Origin: a virus
Taxonomy: Duplodnaviria; Caudoviricetes
Strand: one strand, 5' to 3'
DNA: 35,536 nt
Virus record (IMG/VR): IMGVR_UViG_3300011429_000013
Span: 1 to 35,536 of that record
Each line of letters starts with the position of its first letter. Position 1 is the first letter of the stretch. The notes below the pieces were generated by a model. That model searched no databases, had not been told where the DNA came from, and was given only the letters and a program-made list of their open reading frames with translations. Of this stretch, positions 8,928 through 18,178 are shown piece by piece. The position numbers and the translations under genes were made by a program.

Positions 8928-9813
8928 GATTAGTCTCCAGTTCTTTTTTATTTTCTCGATAAATTTTTTGGTAAAAGTCTCTCGCCTCTCTGAGATAAAC
9001 TTTGTCAGGCGAGTCCATCGATTCTCTGAGTTGCGGTTCGGTCAAGGCCAATGTTTTTATCAGACTTTCCCAGGTCGCTACACCTTCGGTTACGGATGTA
9101 TCTTTAGCTCGATTGATTAACTGTTGCGAAAAAACTATCCAATTTTTAATTTTTTCAAAATCAAACGTGCCTTCGTGCTGCCTAAACTCGACTGTGCGGT
9201 ATTTATTATAGGCACAAATGTTTACCTTATGATGTCGTGCTGTTGGGTAGCTACTTGTATTAGTCGTTGCTTGGGTCTTTTCAAAGTCTTTAGCCAGTTG
9301 GTAGGCGTGGGTACGAAAGACACCCTCTCGATAAAGCCAAGCTGTGCTTCCATCTCGGAGTAAACTGTGGGCGAATGGGCTTTGATCATCACGGCGCGAT
9401 AGAGGAAAAATAAAATCTAAAATTTTTTCATATTTTCCATACAGTCGCAGCAGGTTGATCATGTGTCTTCCGGTAAAATCTCCAGCAGACCAATGCACAT
9501 GCAGCCCACAATTTTCATTCGTCTGTATCTCCAGCTTGTTCAGAACGTCGCATATTCTCTTAATTTGTCGCAATCCTTTTACACCGTTCAGAGCAGGAGA
9601 GATAAGTTCGAGTGGGTAAGGCTGTTTGATTGTACTGTCCTGAGCGATTACCCATTCCCATATTCTTTTATTAAATTTCTCCCCTACAGAAGCATAAGCG
9701 CCCTTCTGTCTTAGAGGTCTTAGAGCCTGATATATCTGCTCTCGTTCGAGTCCAAATCCTTCCAACTCGATTCCAAACTCTCTACGCTCATCAAACATTG
9801 CTCGATATGCCAT
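8905..9813 (-). CDS. Putative amidoligase (Amidoligase_2 / COOH-NH2 ligase)
   Basis: FGIELE, ELISP, CGLHVH and TVEFRQHEGT motifs. Confidence 0.9.
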   Translation of the reverse strand: MAYRAMFDERREFGIELEGFGLEREQIYQALRPLRQKGAYASVGEKFNKRIWEWVIAQDSTIKQPYPLELISPALNGVKGLRQIKRICDVLNKLEIQTNENCGLHVHWSAGDFTGRHMINLLRLYGKYEKILDFIFPLSRRDDQSPFAHSLLRDGSTAWLYREGVFRTHAYQLAKDFEKTQATTNTSSYPTARHHKVNICAYNKYRTVEFRQHEGTFDFEKIKNWIVFSQQLINRAKDTSVTEGVATWESLIKTLALTEPQLRESMDSPDKVYLREARDFYQKIYRENKKELETNHAVYLGS

Positions 9814-9841
9814 CTTGTTCCCGTTCGTCTTTCATGCTCTT

Positions 9842-9887
9842 AATTTAGCAGGGGAACAGCGGCGTGTCTATTGTGTGACCTGATAAG
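9842..9887 (-). promoter_or_regulatory. Box-associated promoter for the amidoligase operon
   Basis: CTTATCAGGTCACACAAT abutting TAGACA-17bp-(TGc)TAAATT; lies inside the 3' end of the upstream CDS. Confidence 0.75.
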
Positions 9888-10120
9888 ATTTCATCTATCT
9901 GTTGCTCAAGTATTTTCTGTTCTTTATAGACTCGATCAAGGTAGGCGACTTTTTCAGCATCTTTCTGCTTGCGTTCTTTTGTAAACTCGTCATCGTCCTC
10001 TAAAACCATATACTCCAAAATCACCGCCAACAATGCCCCCGCTGCTCCATCATTATCCGGTTCCAGAGTTTCTTGAATTAGGTTAACGGCTATATCTTTC
10101 ATATCTGAGTCATCTTTCAT
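9845..10120 (-). CDS. Hypothetical acidic protein
   Basis: ATGA overlap with the endolysin stop. Confidence 0.6.
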   Translation of the reverse strand: MKDDSDMKDIAVNLIQETLEPDNDGAAGALLAVILEYMVLEDDDEFTKERKQKDAEKVAYLDRVYKEQKILEQQIDEILSGHTIDTPLFPC

Positions 10121-11736
10121 ATCTGAGTCGCTTCCCCGATCAAGTCCACTGTTCTATCTATCCAGGCATTGCCCGCTTGCGGCCATGCTTTTGAGTTGCG
10201 GTAGCCCTTAAGCCGCAACCCTATATATATAAGAGGATCACCCCCGCTTTTTTCCAGCCAGTAACTCGCCGTTGTCGCGCCGAAGTTCACCGCAGTATCA
10301 TAGACAATCAGATTCATGGGGAAAGGGAGTTTGTCGCAGCCCGTCTTTAGCCAGTAGTTCCGATAGAAAATTTCGTCGGCTTGCTCTCTGGTTAAATTTT
10401 TAATATCTAATTTCGGGTAAGAACAGGCCGAAACGCCAAAATTTGTTCCGATCAGGTCTCCTTTTCCCACATCGCAGCCGGTCCAGTTGCCAGGGTCCCA
10501 ACTTAAGTTCTGGAATCCGCCTTCCCATCCACCCGTAAATTTTCTAGCTCGCTGCCAGTCACTCAGTTGGGCGGCGTGTGGCCTGTTTGTCCATTCAGAA
10601 ATCACCCACTGGTTTGGCCCGATCTGATACCACCAGTCGCCACTAATTTCCTTTTCATCCAGGACAGAAATTTTATCGCCCATTTTTTTCGTCCCGATAA
10701 TTTTTGATCCCTCCGTGCCAGGTTTGTCACGCACATTGAGGATACTTGCCTGAACAATCGTAGTTGGTTTTCCTGCCACTAATTTTTCTGGGATTGGTGG
10801 CGGCTGCGGAACCGGTGGATTCGGCACGGTCGGTCCGGTTGGCGTAGTTGGTTCTTTGACGGTTTCTGGGGACTTAAAATTTTTCGCTACAGCCCCCAGA
10901 TATTCCTTCTCTACAGGAGTAATTCCCTTGAAATGGTACTCATCATAGTTTGGGTAGCGATAAATAATTAAACTTTTTATTTTTCTGTGGGTTGCTCCCC
11001 GATTATAAGTATCGATGTCGGCTGCCATTGCCGGAATCAGCCCAACAGCCTGCCAATTCTTGCCTCCGTTTGTCTCTGTGATATGCACTTCCAGGTCGGA
11101 AAAGCTATCTGGGATGGCATTGAGATAGTCATGGTAGGTCTGGAAATCGTAATGGCGGTTCTGAAACGGAGCATCCATAAAGGTTTGCGCCGTAACCAAA
11201 CTGACATTGTAGCCATGCGTGTAACTGTGAATGCTAAACCCGTCAAGCTCTCCCTGACAGGCTGTGATGGTGTCTAAAAAATTTTTTATCCAGTCACCAT
11301 TCTGATTTCCCTGATACTTGAGTTGGTCATTCCAGGGTCCGGCGGCTGCAATAAAAAATTTATATTTTGTCCCGAACTGGTCATAAGCCGTATCTCGGCA
11401 CCGGCGAAAGAAATCAGCATAAAGATTTGGGTAGATCGGCTGATTGTTCGGCCATTCTCTCGGCAAATTCGGTTCATTGCCTATGACTATGCGGCTAACA
11501 TTTTGTGAACGCTTGAGATAGCCCATTAGACGAGTGATATAGGTGTTTTGGTCTGCCGGATCAAGAGGAATAGTTCCGGTAGAGCCATAGCCCCAATTCG
11601 CTCTGATAATCCAAGAGTGATCTGGATCGTATTGTGGTGGCGTTGGATTCTCCGCCAAAGAAATTGTGTCGAGTATCCAGGTCTGAGGCGGTGAAAAGCT
11701 CGCCGCCTCCCGATCATGTACGCCTAGAAGATTCAT
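10117..11736 (-). CDS. Modular endolysin: GH-A-like TIM barrel + Pro linker + SH3b + GH108 lysozyme
   Basis: IGNEPN/HSY/ITET; Pro-rich linker; LNVRDKPG..WYQI SH3; EGGF..DPGNW..GTNFGVS..DIKNLT..EIFYRNYW GH108. Confidence 0.85.
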   Translation of the reverse strand: MNLLGVHDREAASFSPPQTWILDTISLAENPTPPQYDPDHSWIIRANWGYGSTGTIPLDPADQNTYITRLMGYLKRSQNVSRIVIGNEPNLPREWPNNQPIYPNLYADFFRRCRDTAYDQFGTKYKFFIAAAGPWNDQLKYQGNQNGDWIKNFLDTITACQGELDGFSIHSYTHGYNVSLVTAQTFMDAPFQNRHYDFQTYHDYLNAIPDSFSDLEVHITETNGGKNWQAVGLIPAMAADIDTYNRGATHRKIKSLIIYRYPNYDEYHFKGITPVEKEYLGAVAKNFKSPETVKEPTTPTGPTVPNPPVPQPPPIPEKLVAGKPTTIVQASILNVRDKPGTEGSKIIGTKKMGDKISVLDEKEISGDWWYQIGPNQWVISEWTNRPHAAQLSDWQRARKFTGGWEGGFQNLSWDPGNWTGCDVGKGDLIGTNFGVSACSYPKLDIKNLTREQADEIFYRNYWLKTGCDKLPFPMNLIVYDTAVNFGATTASYWLEKSGGDPLIYIGLRLKGYRNSKAWPQAGNAWIDRTVDLIGEATQI

Positions 11737-12035
11737 AATATCTCCTTAATCTCTGGAATCTGTGGGGTAAACCGGCGTGATCTGAGTTCTTCCAGCATTG
11801 CCATCTTTTCATCTTCCAGCTTCTCACGGTCGATGTTAAAGAATTCAGCTAAAAGGTCTTGAACTGTCGAGCCAGAACGATAGAGAAAACCTTCGTCTCT
11901 CTGCCATCCACTCTCAAAATAGACAGAGAGAAATACCTCTTTCTCATTTTGAAGCCAGTCCAAAAACTCTCCGCACGATTGCGAAAAATCTTTTATTTTT
12001 TCTAATTTTTCGTGTTCAGGGTATTTAGTTGGCAT
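11733..12035 (-). CDS. Hypothetical phage protein
   Basis: MPTKYPEHEKL start with GAGGA RBS. Confidence 0.65.
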   Translation of the reverse strand: MPTKYPEHEKLEKIKDFSQSCGEFLDWLQNEKEVFLSVYFESGWQRDEGFLYRSGSTVQDLLAEFFNIDREKLEDEKMAMLEELRSRRFTPQIPEIKEIL

Positions 12036-12588
12036 GGATAGTCGAGTCCTCATAGCTACCATCCGAGTAAAATATGAGTGTGTGAACAGGCTTTTCCTGC
12101 TCATCATAGGTTGTCGTGATCAGAGTAGCGCGCTTTCCGGTTGGAAGGTCGGGTGGCGTTGGCACTTCCGGCCCAGAGTTGCCATCGCCCTCTGCCCAGG
12201 TGAAGACCAGGAAGGTCGATACATGCCAGGAGTGGGGTAGCCCTATGTCATCAGCCACATCGCTCTCTTGACCGTCTACAGCGGCATTCCACCAACCTAC
12301 CTGTCCCTCATCAGGATTATAGCCCGCGTTGTCGTGGGTCATATCCCAGACACACCAGCCCGATTCTGGCTTTGGCTCGCGCACAAAATTCAAAGCATTG
12401 TTACGTGTGAAGTAGCGTGTGTTCTTGCCAGGTCCCCCGTCGATGCGGGTAAAGATTTGAGTTGCCCCACCCAGATCATCTTTCTCGGCCCCAACAACAT
12501 CGAGTCCGTGTTGGGTCATGCCATATTCGCGGGGGTCCGGTTTCATTACCCCGTCTCGCGAAGTAAACCGCTCAGTCAGTTTGTACAT
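12025..12588 (-). CDS. Hypothetical protein (cell-envelope-protein-like domain)
   Basis: GGAG RBS before MYKLTER; YNPDEGQVGWW...SDVADDIGLPHSWHVSTF resembles, from memory, domains of Chloroflexota proteins. Confidence 0.65.
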   Translation of the reverse strand: MYKLTERFTSRDGVMKPDPREYGMTQHGLDVVGAEKDDLGGATQIFTRIDGGPGKNTRYFTRNNALNFVREPKPESGWCVWDMTHDNAGYNPDEGQVGWWNAAVDGQESDVADDIGLPHSWHVSTFLVFTWAEGDGNSGPEVPTPPDLPTGKRATLITTTYDEQEKPVHTLIFYSDGSYEDSTIHAN

Positions 12589-12781
12589 GGGTATCTCCAT
12601 CCAATCTAACAATGCCATAGCGAGCATTTGCTGGAATTTCCGAAATTAAAACACGAAAAATATCGTTTACAGTGAGTTTGCCTTCATCGGCAATTCTTTG
12701 AATCTTCTCCATTTCCTCTGGAAGAAGCAAAATAGTTCTCTGTATCATCTTCTCACCGAACTTCAATCTTCCAACAGGCAT
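12572..12781 (-). CDS. Ribbon-helix-helix-like DNA-binding protein
   Basis: QRTILLLPEEMEKIQRIADEGKLTVNDIFRVLI pattern. Confidence 0.6.
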   Translation of the reverse strand: MPVGRLKFGEKMIQRTILLLPEEMEKIQRIADEGKLTVNDIFRVLISEIPANARYGIVRLDGDTHVQTD

Positions 12782-13177
12782 TTATTTTTCATCCTCCATA
12801 AAAATATTTTTAATTAAATTTTCCGACTCCGAATCAAAAACAAAAACTTCGACCAGAGTCTTCGGCCCCCGCACATGCTCAACCACGCCATCGGCGTCCG
12901 GTGCTCCCCAGGTCCGATTACGGTTGTGGAACATTTTAAGGTCGATGGCTGCTTCTAAATCGATCCCTGCTAGGTGTGCTATACCGACAGTCAGAAGAAA
13001 AACATCGGCCAATTCTAAGTCTAGTTCCCACCCTTTTTCACCGAGTTTGACCGACTGCTGGACTTCTAAGGCTTCTCTTGTCAGGTGAATTGCTGCTGAC
13101 AAGGGCGTTGCCTGAGTGAAAATGCTATCCTGCCACTCAGTAATTTCCTTCATCCATTCCGCTAGAGTTCTGCTCAT
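12782..13177 (-). CDS. MazG-like all-alpha dNTP pyrophosphohydrolase (DUF550 type)
   Basis: W..SIF, HL.RE..E, ELADVF and K...N..RTW motifs. Confidence 0.8.
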   Translation of the reverse strand: MSRTLAEWMKEITEWQDSIFTQATPLSAAIHLTREALEVQQSVKLGEKGWELDLELADVFLLTVGIAHLAGIDLEAAIDLKMFHNRNRTWGAPDADGVVEHVRGPKTLVEVFVFDSESENLIKNIFMEDEK

Positions 13178-13304
13178 TTTGTTCTTGCTCCTTTTGGCTG
13201 ATTTGGCTGCTTCTCATGGCCGCTGCAACTATGCCAATTCCACAGATAAACGAGATAACGACTACTGCTGCCCCTAATACCATCCCAAGCTCAATCTCAC
13301 TCAT
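13137..13304 (-). CDS. Small membrane protein
   Basis: One TM helix; ATGA overlap. Confidence 0.6.
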   Translation of the reverse strand: MSEIELGMVLGAAVVVISFICGIGIVAAAMRSSQISQKEQEQNEQNSSGMDEGNY

Positions 13305-13714
13305 GGCGCATGTTCCTTTCGATCCCAAAATTCACGTACCATCATTTGCTCGCGCCTCTTTTTGGTCATGCGAGTACGGCGCGCTTTGGTTTTGATCCCC
13401 CCCTGTACTCGTAGCTGGCGGTCTATAAATTTTCGATAAGAAATATCAAGTTCTCGGTTGGAGATACCGGCATCCAAAGCCAGATTGTGCGGTACGTATT
13501 CAAGCATAATAAAATCTTTACCGGATGCTTCATTACTCGGAATAATTTTATAATTTATTCCCCTTTCCTTCATCAGTGATTCCAGGCGTTCCCGCCCGAC
13601 ACCGATGGTTACACTGGTTTCTCTAACTGTAGCAATTTCCCCTATAATCTGCTTCATTCCCACAAATTTGACCAGGCGACGAGCCAGGTCCCAATCAGGA
13701 ATTGGATTTGGCAT
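13301..13714 (-). CDS. Hypothetical protein (possible HTH)
   Basis: Starts 1 nt after the primase stop. Confidence 0.6.
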   Translation of the reverse strand: MPNPIPDWDLARRLVKFVGMKQIIGEIATVRETSVTIGVGRERLESLMKERGINYKIIPSNEASGKDFIMLEYVPHNLALDAGISNRELDISYRKFIDRQLRVQGGIKTKARRTRMTKKRREQMMVREFWDRKEHAP

Positions 13715-13715
13715 T

Positions 13716-16214
13716 TTAGTTTCCTTTCGGGTTTCCGGCTGCGGCTTTGGCTGCTATCACCGCTGCCCCAAATAAATATTTTTTAATTTCTCTGCCGCCC
13801 ACTCGATCCGGCTTGATCACCAGTCCGTAATGTTTCTTCAGGGATTCCTCTAGCATATCAAGATGGCGTGAAAGTCCCTGAGCATTTGACCAGTCGAAAC
13901 GTTGTTTGTGCTGTGCAGCATAGCGTTGCGCTCTCGCGAATAATTCTGATGTTGTCATGGCAGAGGTCATTTCTTCCGGCCGCGTCTTGATTAGCCCATC
14001 TAGAATGTTGATAAAAGGACTGTGTTGTTTGAGTGTCTCCTTCTGGCTATCGACCAGATTGACAATCCCCTTCATGAGTTCGTCAGCATCAATGAAGTCT
14101 ACCCCCTTGATTCTCTCACAAAAAGTATGAAAATCTGCCAACCGTGTCTGCGATGGCACACTCAATTCAGGATGCGCCTTTAGTTCAGCCACTACCTTGT
14201 TTAGCTCTAAGAGCATTCCCCGCCAGAAAGCCACAAAATTGCTCTCGATGTTGGACTGGACCGATGCCTCTGATTCATACACATCCAAATGAGCCAGTTC
14301 GAGAGGAAGAATACGGGTATAGACTGCTTCCTCTGAAAAAGGAATATCGGTTCCGGTCAAGCACATAAAAACATTAAAAACAATTTTTTGTACCCTGTTT
14401 GTAGTGTGAAGCTCTCTGAGTTCGACTTGGCTGCCTGTTGCTGCTCTATTTAGAGTATCCGGCAACCAACTCACACTGGTTCTCTCGATGTTGTCGATCA
14501 CCACCATCCGGTGCGCGGCCATACTTGCTCTGAGTGCGTCCGGTTTATCAGGAACCTGACCTAACACATTCTCTTGGGTTCCTTCAATCAGCCACAAAAT
14601 TCTTCTGGCTGTTGTAGTCTTTCCCGAACCACTCGCCCCTAGAATCATCAGAATTGGGCGTGTTGGGAGTGCTTCCGGAAAGAACATGGCACATATCCAG
14701 GCTTTAAGCATCTGCCGCTGCTGAATTATAGTAGCGTCGGTTTCCTTAAAGTTCACATCATCTACAAGTAATTTCCAGGGATCGATGGTGTTATCTTCTT
14801 CGAGAAGGTTTGGCAGAGTTAAGGTGTCCTCTGAGTTTCTAAAGAGGACATCGATTTCACCGTTATAAACCACCCTCAAATTAAGAATATCCCCGTCGAT
14901 CACATAGACTTCCGGCCCACCTAAATTCAAATATAAAATTTTATTTATTTTATCCCACCAGGATCGCTTCCTGACCAGGACTTCTTTGGCTGCCTTCCAT
15001 GCCGAATGCTCGACTGCCTCTGCTACCTGTCGCCCAAAGCTCTCGGCGGTATTGATACCGATTGCATTGTGAAGAAGTCTTGTCCAGGCATAGCTACTGA
15101 CAAGCGTTAGTTTATGATCTTCCTGATTGAGCCAAAAAACGTGTGCATCATCTCTGACCAGCCGCCCATTTTCTAAGAGATAAGAAATAATTGCTTGTGC
15201 TGCATACCTGACTTTGAGAAAGCCAGCCTGTTTCTCCAGCCTGATAGCGTCTAAGGTCTGGACAATCAGGGTCGATGTGACAACTCCCATCAACTTCCTA
15301 ACTTCCATAAGGACTTTAGCCGGAATAAAAACAGCCAGCCCGTTCTCCCCTAAAACAGTCTTGCCGTCTGCCAATCTCTTATAAGTTGTTTCGACTGCCT
15401 TTAGCTGATCTTTAAGTTCGCCTTGTGGTACAAGTACGTGAATTTCTTCAATTAACTTTTTAGTTTTTTCCTGTGACCAGCCAGCATTTGCCGCCATCCC
15501 AGAAGTACAGAGGGTAACTTGATGACGTTGGCCCGTCTCCCAATACTCGCCCAGGATATTGGCGATCTGTTCGGCGGGATCAAGTGTTTCCAAAGCTACT
15601 TCGAGCGCATCTATATCTATCTTGTCTTCAAAAAATTTTTCCGGCCCCAATGCCGGACCTTCTTCCCACTGGTCCATACCGACAAACTTGGCTTCATTAA
15701 AAGTTACAGGATGCCTGCCCAGAGGTAAGCGAAGAAGGCTGCCAATCTCATCTTTTTCCAGTTTCTCTTGTTTTGGATAGACTTCGACATGGAGTTTTCC
15801 AGTCTTGGCAAAGCCAAAAAAATCTCGCAGCTTTTCCCCAAATTCTTTGGCTCTTTTCGCATCTGTCTTTTCAATCAGAAAAATCCAGATATGATAGCCT
15901 TTACTCCCCGAAAATTCGATAGCATAGGGAATTTTATTTTCTTTGAGAAAATCTGCTATCTTCTTGGCAATCTCTCTGGCTTTCTCAATGCCTACCTTTG
16001 AGTCAATATCAAAGGCGATCCACCGAACATGGTTGCCAGGATTGACTGTGTAGGCTCCAAGCACTTCTTCCCGATCCAGATGCTTTTGGATAAGCTCCAG
16101 GGTTGGAATTCCGGTCTGTGTCCGGTATTCATAGCCCTTCGCTGTGGGCATGATCTGGGAAAAATTTGTCGAGTCTGAGAAGAAAATTTCGTAATATGTT
16201 CGGGAGAGGGTCAT
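13716..16214 (-). CDS. AEP primase-polymerase fused to P-loop helicase
   Basis: AFDID, FSGSKGYHIW and LRLPLG (AEP/TOTE-type); GASGSGKTT Walker A; VIDN Walker B. Confidence 0.9.
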   Translation of the reverse strand: MTLSRTYYEIFFSDSTNFSQIMPTAKGYEYRTQTGIPTLELIQKHLDREEVLGAYTVNPGNHVRWIAFDIDSKVGIEKAREIAKKIADFLKENKIPYAIEFSGSKGYHIWIFLIEKTDAKRAKEFGEKLRDFFGFAKTGKLHVEVYPKQEKLEKDEIGSLLRLPLGRHPVTFNEAKFVGMDQWEEGPALGPEKFFEDKIDIDALEVALETLDPAEQIANILGEYWETGQRHQVTLCTSGMAANAGWSQEKTKKLIEEIHVLVPQGELKDQLKAVETTYKRLADGKTVLGENGLAVFIPAKVLMEVRKLMGVVTSTLIVQTLDAIRLEKQAGFLKVRYAAQAIISYLLENGRLVRDDAHVFWLNQEDHKLTLVSSYAWTRLLHNAIGINTAESFGRQVAEAVEHSAWKAAKEVLVRKRSWWDKINKILYLNLGGPEVYVIDGDILNLRVVYNGEIDVLFRNSEDTLTLPNLLEEDNTIDPWKLLVDDVNFKETDATIIQQRQMLKAWICAMFFPEALPTRPILMILGASGSGKTTTARRILWLIEGTQENVLGQVPDKPDALRASMAAHRMVVIDNIERTSVSWLPDTLNRAATGSQVELRELHTTNRVQKIVFNVFMCLTGTDIPFSEEAVYTRILPLELAHLDVYESEASVQSNIESNFVAFWRGMLLELNKVVAELKAHPELSVPSQTRLADFHTFCERIKGVDFIDADELMKGIVNLVDSQKETLKQHSPFINILDGLIKTRPEEMTSAMTTSELFARAQRYAAQHKQRFDWSNAQGLSRHLDMLEESLKKHYGLVIKPDRVGGREIKKYLFGAAVIAAKAAAGNPKGN

Positions 16215-16390
16215 ATAGCATCCTTGCTATCGGAATTTTTTTTATTTTCTTCTGACTCATTTATAGACGTAAATTCATAGCCCATCAACACCAACTCAAC
16301 TACCCACCAGCCATCTGATGTTTGGTTGTTTTTGATTTCCTCAACAAATTCCAGATCGCCTTTTTTAATCTTATAGCTGCCGTCTTTCAT
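16211..16390 (-). CDS. 59-aa hypothetical protein
   Basis: Translated by hand (MKDGSYKIKK...); ATGA overlaps at both ends. Confidence 0.6.
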   Translation of the reverse strand: MKDGSYKIKKGDLEFVEEIKNNQTSDGWWVVELVLMGYEFTSINESEENKKNSDSKDAI

Positions 16391-17154
16391 GATTTATTCT
16401 CCAGTAAGTAATCGCCACGCTGCTGCCGCCACTTGAGGAACTTGGGCATTTCCAGCGGCTCTAAGTTCAAGTGTCCTTCCGGCATACCCATCAACCATTC
16501 TACGAAGCGCGGGTTGAGTGTCCCACCATCCGTCGCCTGAAAGAACACTCGACTGAGGCTCTGGTACTGCCCCGATTTCCGGCTTACATTGTTGGCGTCG
16601 TCCACTGTCGGCGTCGGCCACTTCGAGATCATCAGCGGAATGTTGTTTTCTTCCAGCCAAATCTGTTCGCTCAGACCAGCCGGAGCTATATGATCCCGTC
16701 CTATCGATTTCCTGAAGGCTGCCCGTTTCTCCCACCCTTCCAGAGATCGCTTGATCCCCTGAGCGTCGTAAACGGTTGGTGTGTGCAACAATCCAGAGGC
16801 GATCACGCTTATGCGGCGCTCCCAATTCGGCTGCGGATAAAATTCTCCATCGTACACCATACCCGCTTTCGGCCAGGTCTTCGATGATTTTTCCGAAGTA
16901 ACCGGAGGATAGTAGCCCAGGGACGTTCTCGAAAAAACAAAATTCTGGCGCAACTCTGCGAACCACTTCGATAGTTTCAGGCCACATATTGCGGCTGTCT
17001 CTGGCCCCTTTACGTTTTCCGGCATGGGAGAAGGGCTGGCAGGGAAAACCCCCAGAAACGAGATCACAGTGGCCTTTGTAAAGGTCTGCATAGCCGTGCT
17101 GTATAAATTCTCGGATGTCAGTTTGAAAGATCGGGAAGTAGTCAAGCACACCAT
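16387..17154 (-). CDS. Overlapping alternative-frame MTase subunit carrying TRD/motif IX (start uncertain)
   Basis: LHTPT/WPTPT repeats and LNPRFVEWLMGMPEG; its stop is coupled (ATGA) to the next gene. Confidence 0.7.
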   Translation of the reverse strand: MVCLTTSRSFKLTSENLYSTAMQTFTKATVISFLGVFPASPSPMPENVKGPETAAICGLKLSKWFAELRQNFVFSRTSLGYYPPVTSEKSSKTWPKAGMVYDGEFYPQPNWERRISVIASGLLHTPTVYDAQGIKRSLEGWEKRAAFRKSIGRDHIAPAGLSEQIWLEENNIPLMISKWPTPTVDDANNVSRKSGQYQSLSRVFFQATDGGTLNPRFVEWLMGMPEGHLNLEPLEMPKFLKWRQQRGDYLLENKS

Positions 17155-17284
17155 CCTTCTGTCGCTGCTCTAAGACAGAACAGCAATATTTATCTATCTC
17201 AACGGCTCCGACAATTCTGTGTCCGAGCAGTATCGAAGCTAAAATCCCACCGCCCACTCCCGAAAAAAGTGAAAGCTCTCTCAT
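16394..17284 (-). CDS. DNA cytosine-5 methyltransferase (main chain)
   Basis: Motifs I (LFSGVGG), IV (GFPCQ), VI (ENV), VIII (HKRDR) and X (GNAQV). Confidence 0.92.
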   Translation of the reverse strand: MRELSLFSGVGGGILASILLGHRIVGAVEIDKYCCSVLEQRQKDGVLDYFPIFQTDIREFIQHGYADLYKGHCDLVSGGFPCQPFSHAGKRKGARDSRNMWPETIEVVRRVAPEFCFFENVPGLLSSGYFGKIIEDLAESGYGVRWRILSAAELGAPHKRDRLWIVAHTNRLRRSGDQAISGRVGETGSLQEIDRTGSYSSGWSERTDLAGRKQHSADDLEVADADSGRRQQCKPEIGAVPEPQSSVLSGDGWWDTQPALRRMVDGYAGRTLELRAAGNAQVPQVAAAAWRLLTGE

Positions 17285-17298
17285 AAAATTTTTTATTT

Positions 17299-18075
17299 CT
17301 AGGGTGTTTCACCATGCTCGAAGCGAGCAGAACGAGCTTTCTCTAAAGCCTTCTGAACCTTCATATCTAATTCTTCATAAATCTGGTTGTCATCTATGTC
17401 AGGAAAAACAGAACCATTCCCGCTGAAATAAGCCGGACAGATTCGGCTATTACTTCTCCATCTTGGATGCTCTTTATTGTATTTTCGGTGGTAATAGAGT
17501 TTGTCCAGTTCAATAATTGTTCTTCTTCGACTTACTTCATCTAGTGCATGAATTGATAGTTCTTCTATATCCGAGAAATAAAGATATTTTCCTTCTTTGG
17601 CTTGAAGGAGAACAAACTGGCGCAGATTTTCAAAATGAGAACTTCCCCAAAAATAGCTCCCCTCAAAAATGTCTGAGTTAGGAAAAGGCTCATCATCAAT
17701 AAATAAATCCCAGGGCAGTCCGCCAAAGAGAAAAAAAGAAAAGTCACAGTTAATGCCATCGACAAGATTCTTAGCAGGATTGCCCTGAATCAAACCAACA
17801 ACTTTACGAGTATGGAGAGAAAGTTGATAGCACAAAGACTGTCCCTTTAAGTCTGGATCACCTTCTAATTTAGGCTTAATTTCCAACCACATATCCTGCT
17901 TTGGCAGCCAAAAATCAGGGAGATACCAACCTTCTCTGCCCAGGTCAAATCCTTCTTTTTCATATTCCCAGACAATTTTCATTTCAGTCAGAAAAACAGC
18001 CCACCGTGCTTCAAGTCGGCTGCGAAAACGATAGCCTTGATAAACAGTTTCAATAGCCTTTATATTGCTACTCAT
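17299..18075 (-). CDS. PD-(D/E)XK endonuclease-like protein
   Basis: FRSRLEARWA...YLPDF...EIK; C-terminal ARSARFE. Confidence 0.8.
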   Translation of the reverse strand: MSSNIKAIETVYQGYRFRSRLEARWAVFLTEMKIVWEYEKEGFDLGREGWYLPDFWLPKQDMWLEIKPKLEGDPDLKGQSLCYQLSLHTRKVVGLIQGNPAKNLVDGINCDFSFFLFGGLPWDLFIDDEPFPNSDIFEGSYFWGSSHFENLRQFVLLQAKEGKYLYFSDIEELSIHALDEVSRRRTIIELDKLYYHRKYNKEHPRWRSNSRICPAYFSGNGSVFPDIDDNQIYEELDMKVQKALEKARSARFEHGETP

Positions 18076-18178
18076 ATTCTGGTCTTCTTTCTTCACTTAC
18101 TGTAGTTATGCGAAAAGAAGTTTCTCTGTAAAATTATATTATTTTTATAACTTTCACATACTTCTAAGAATAATGCAA

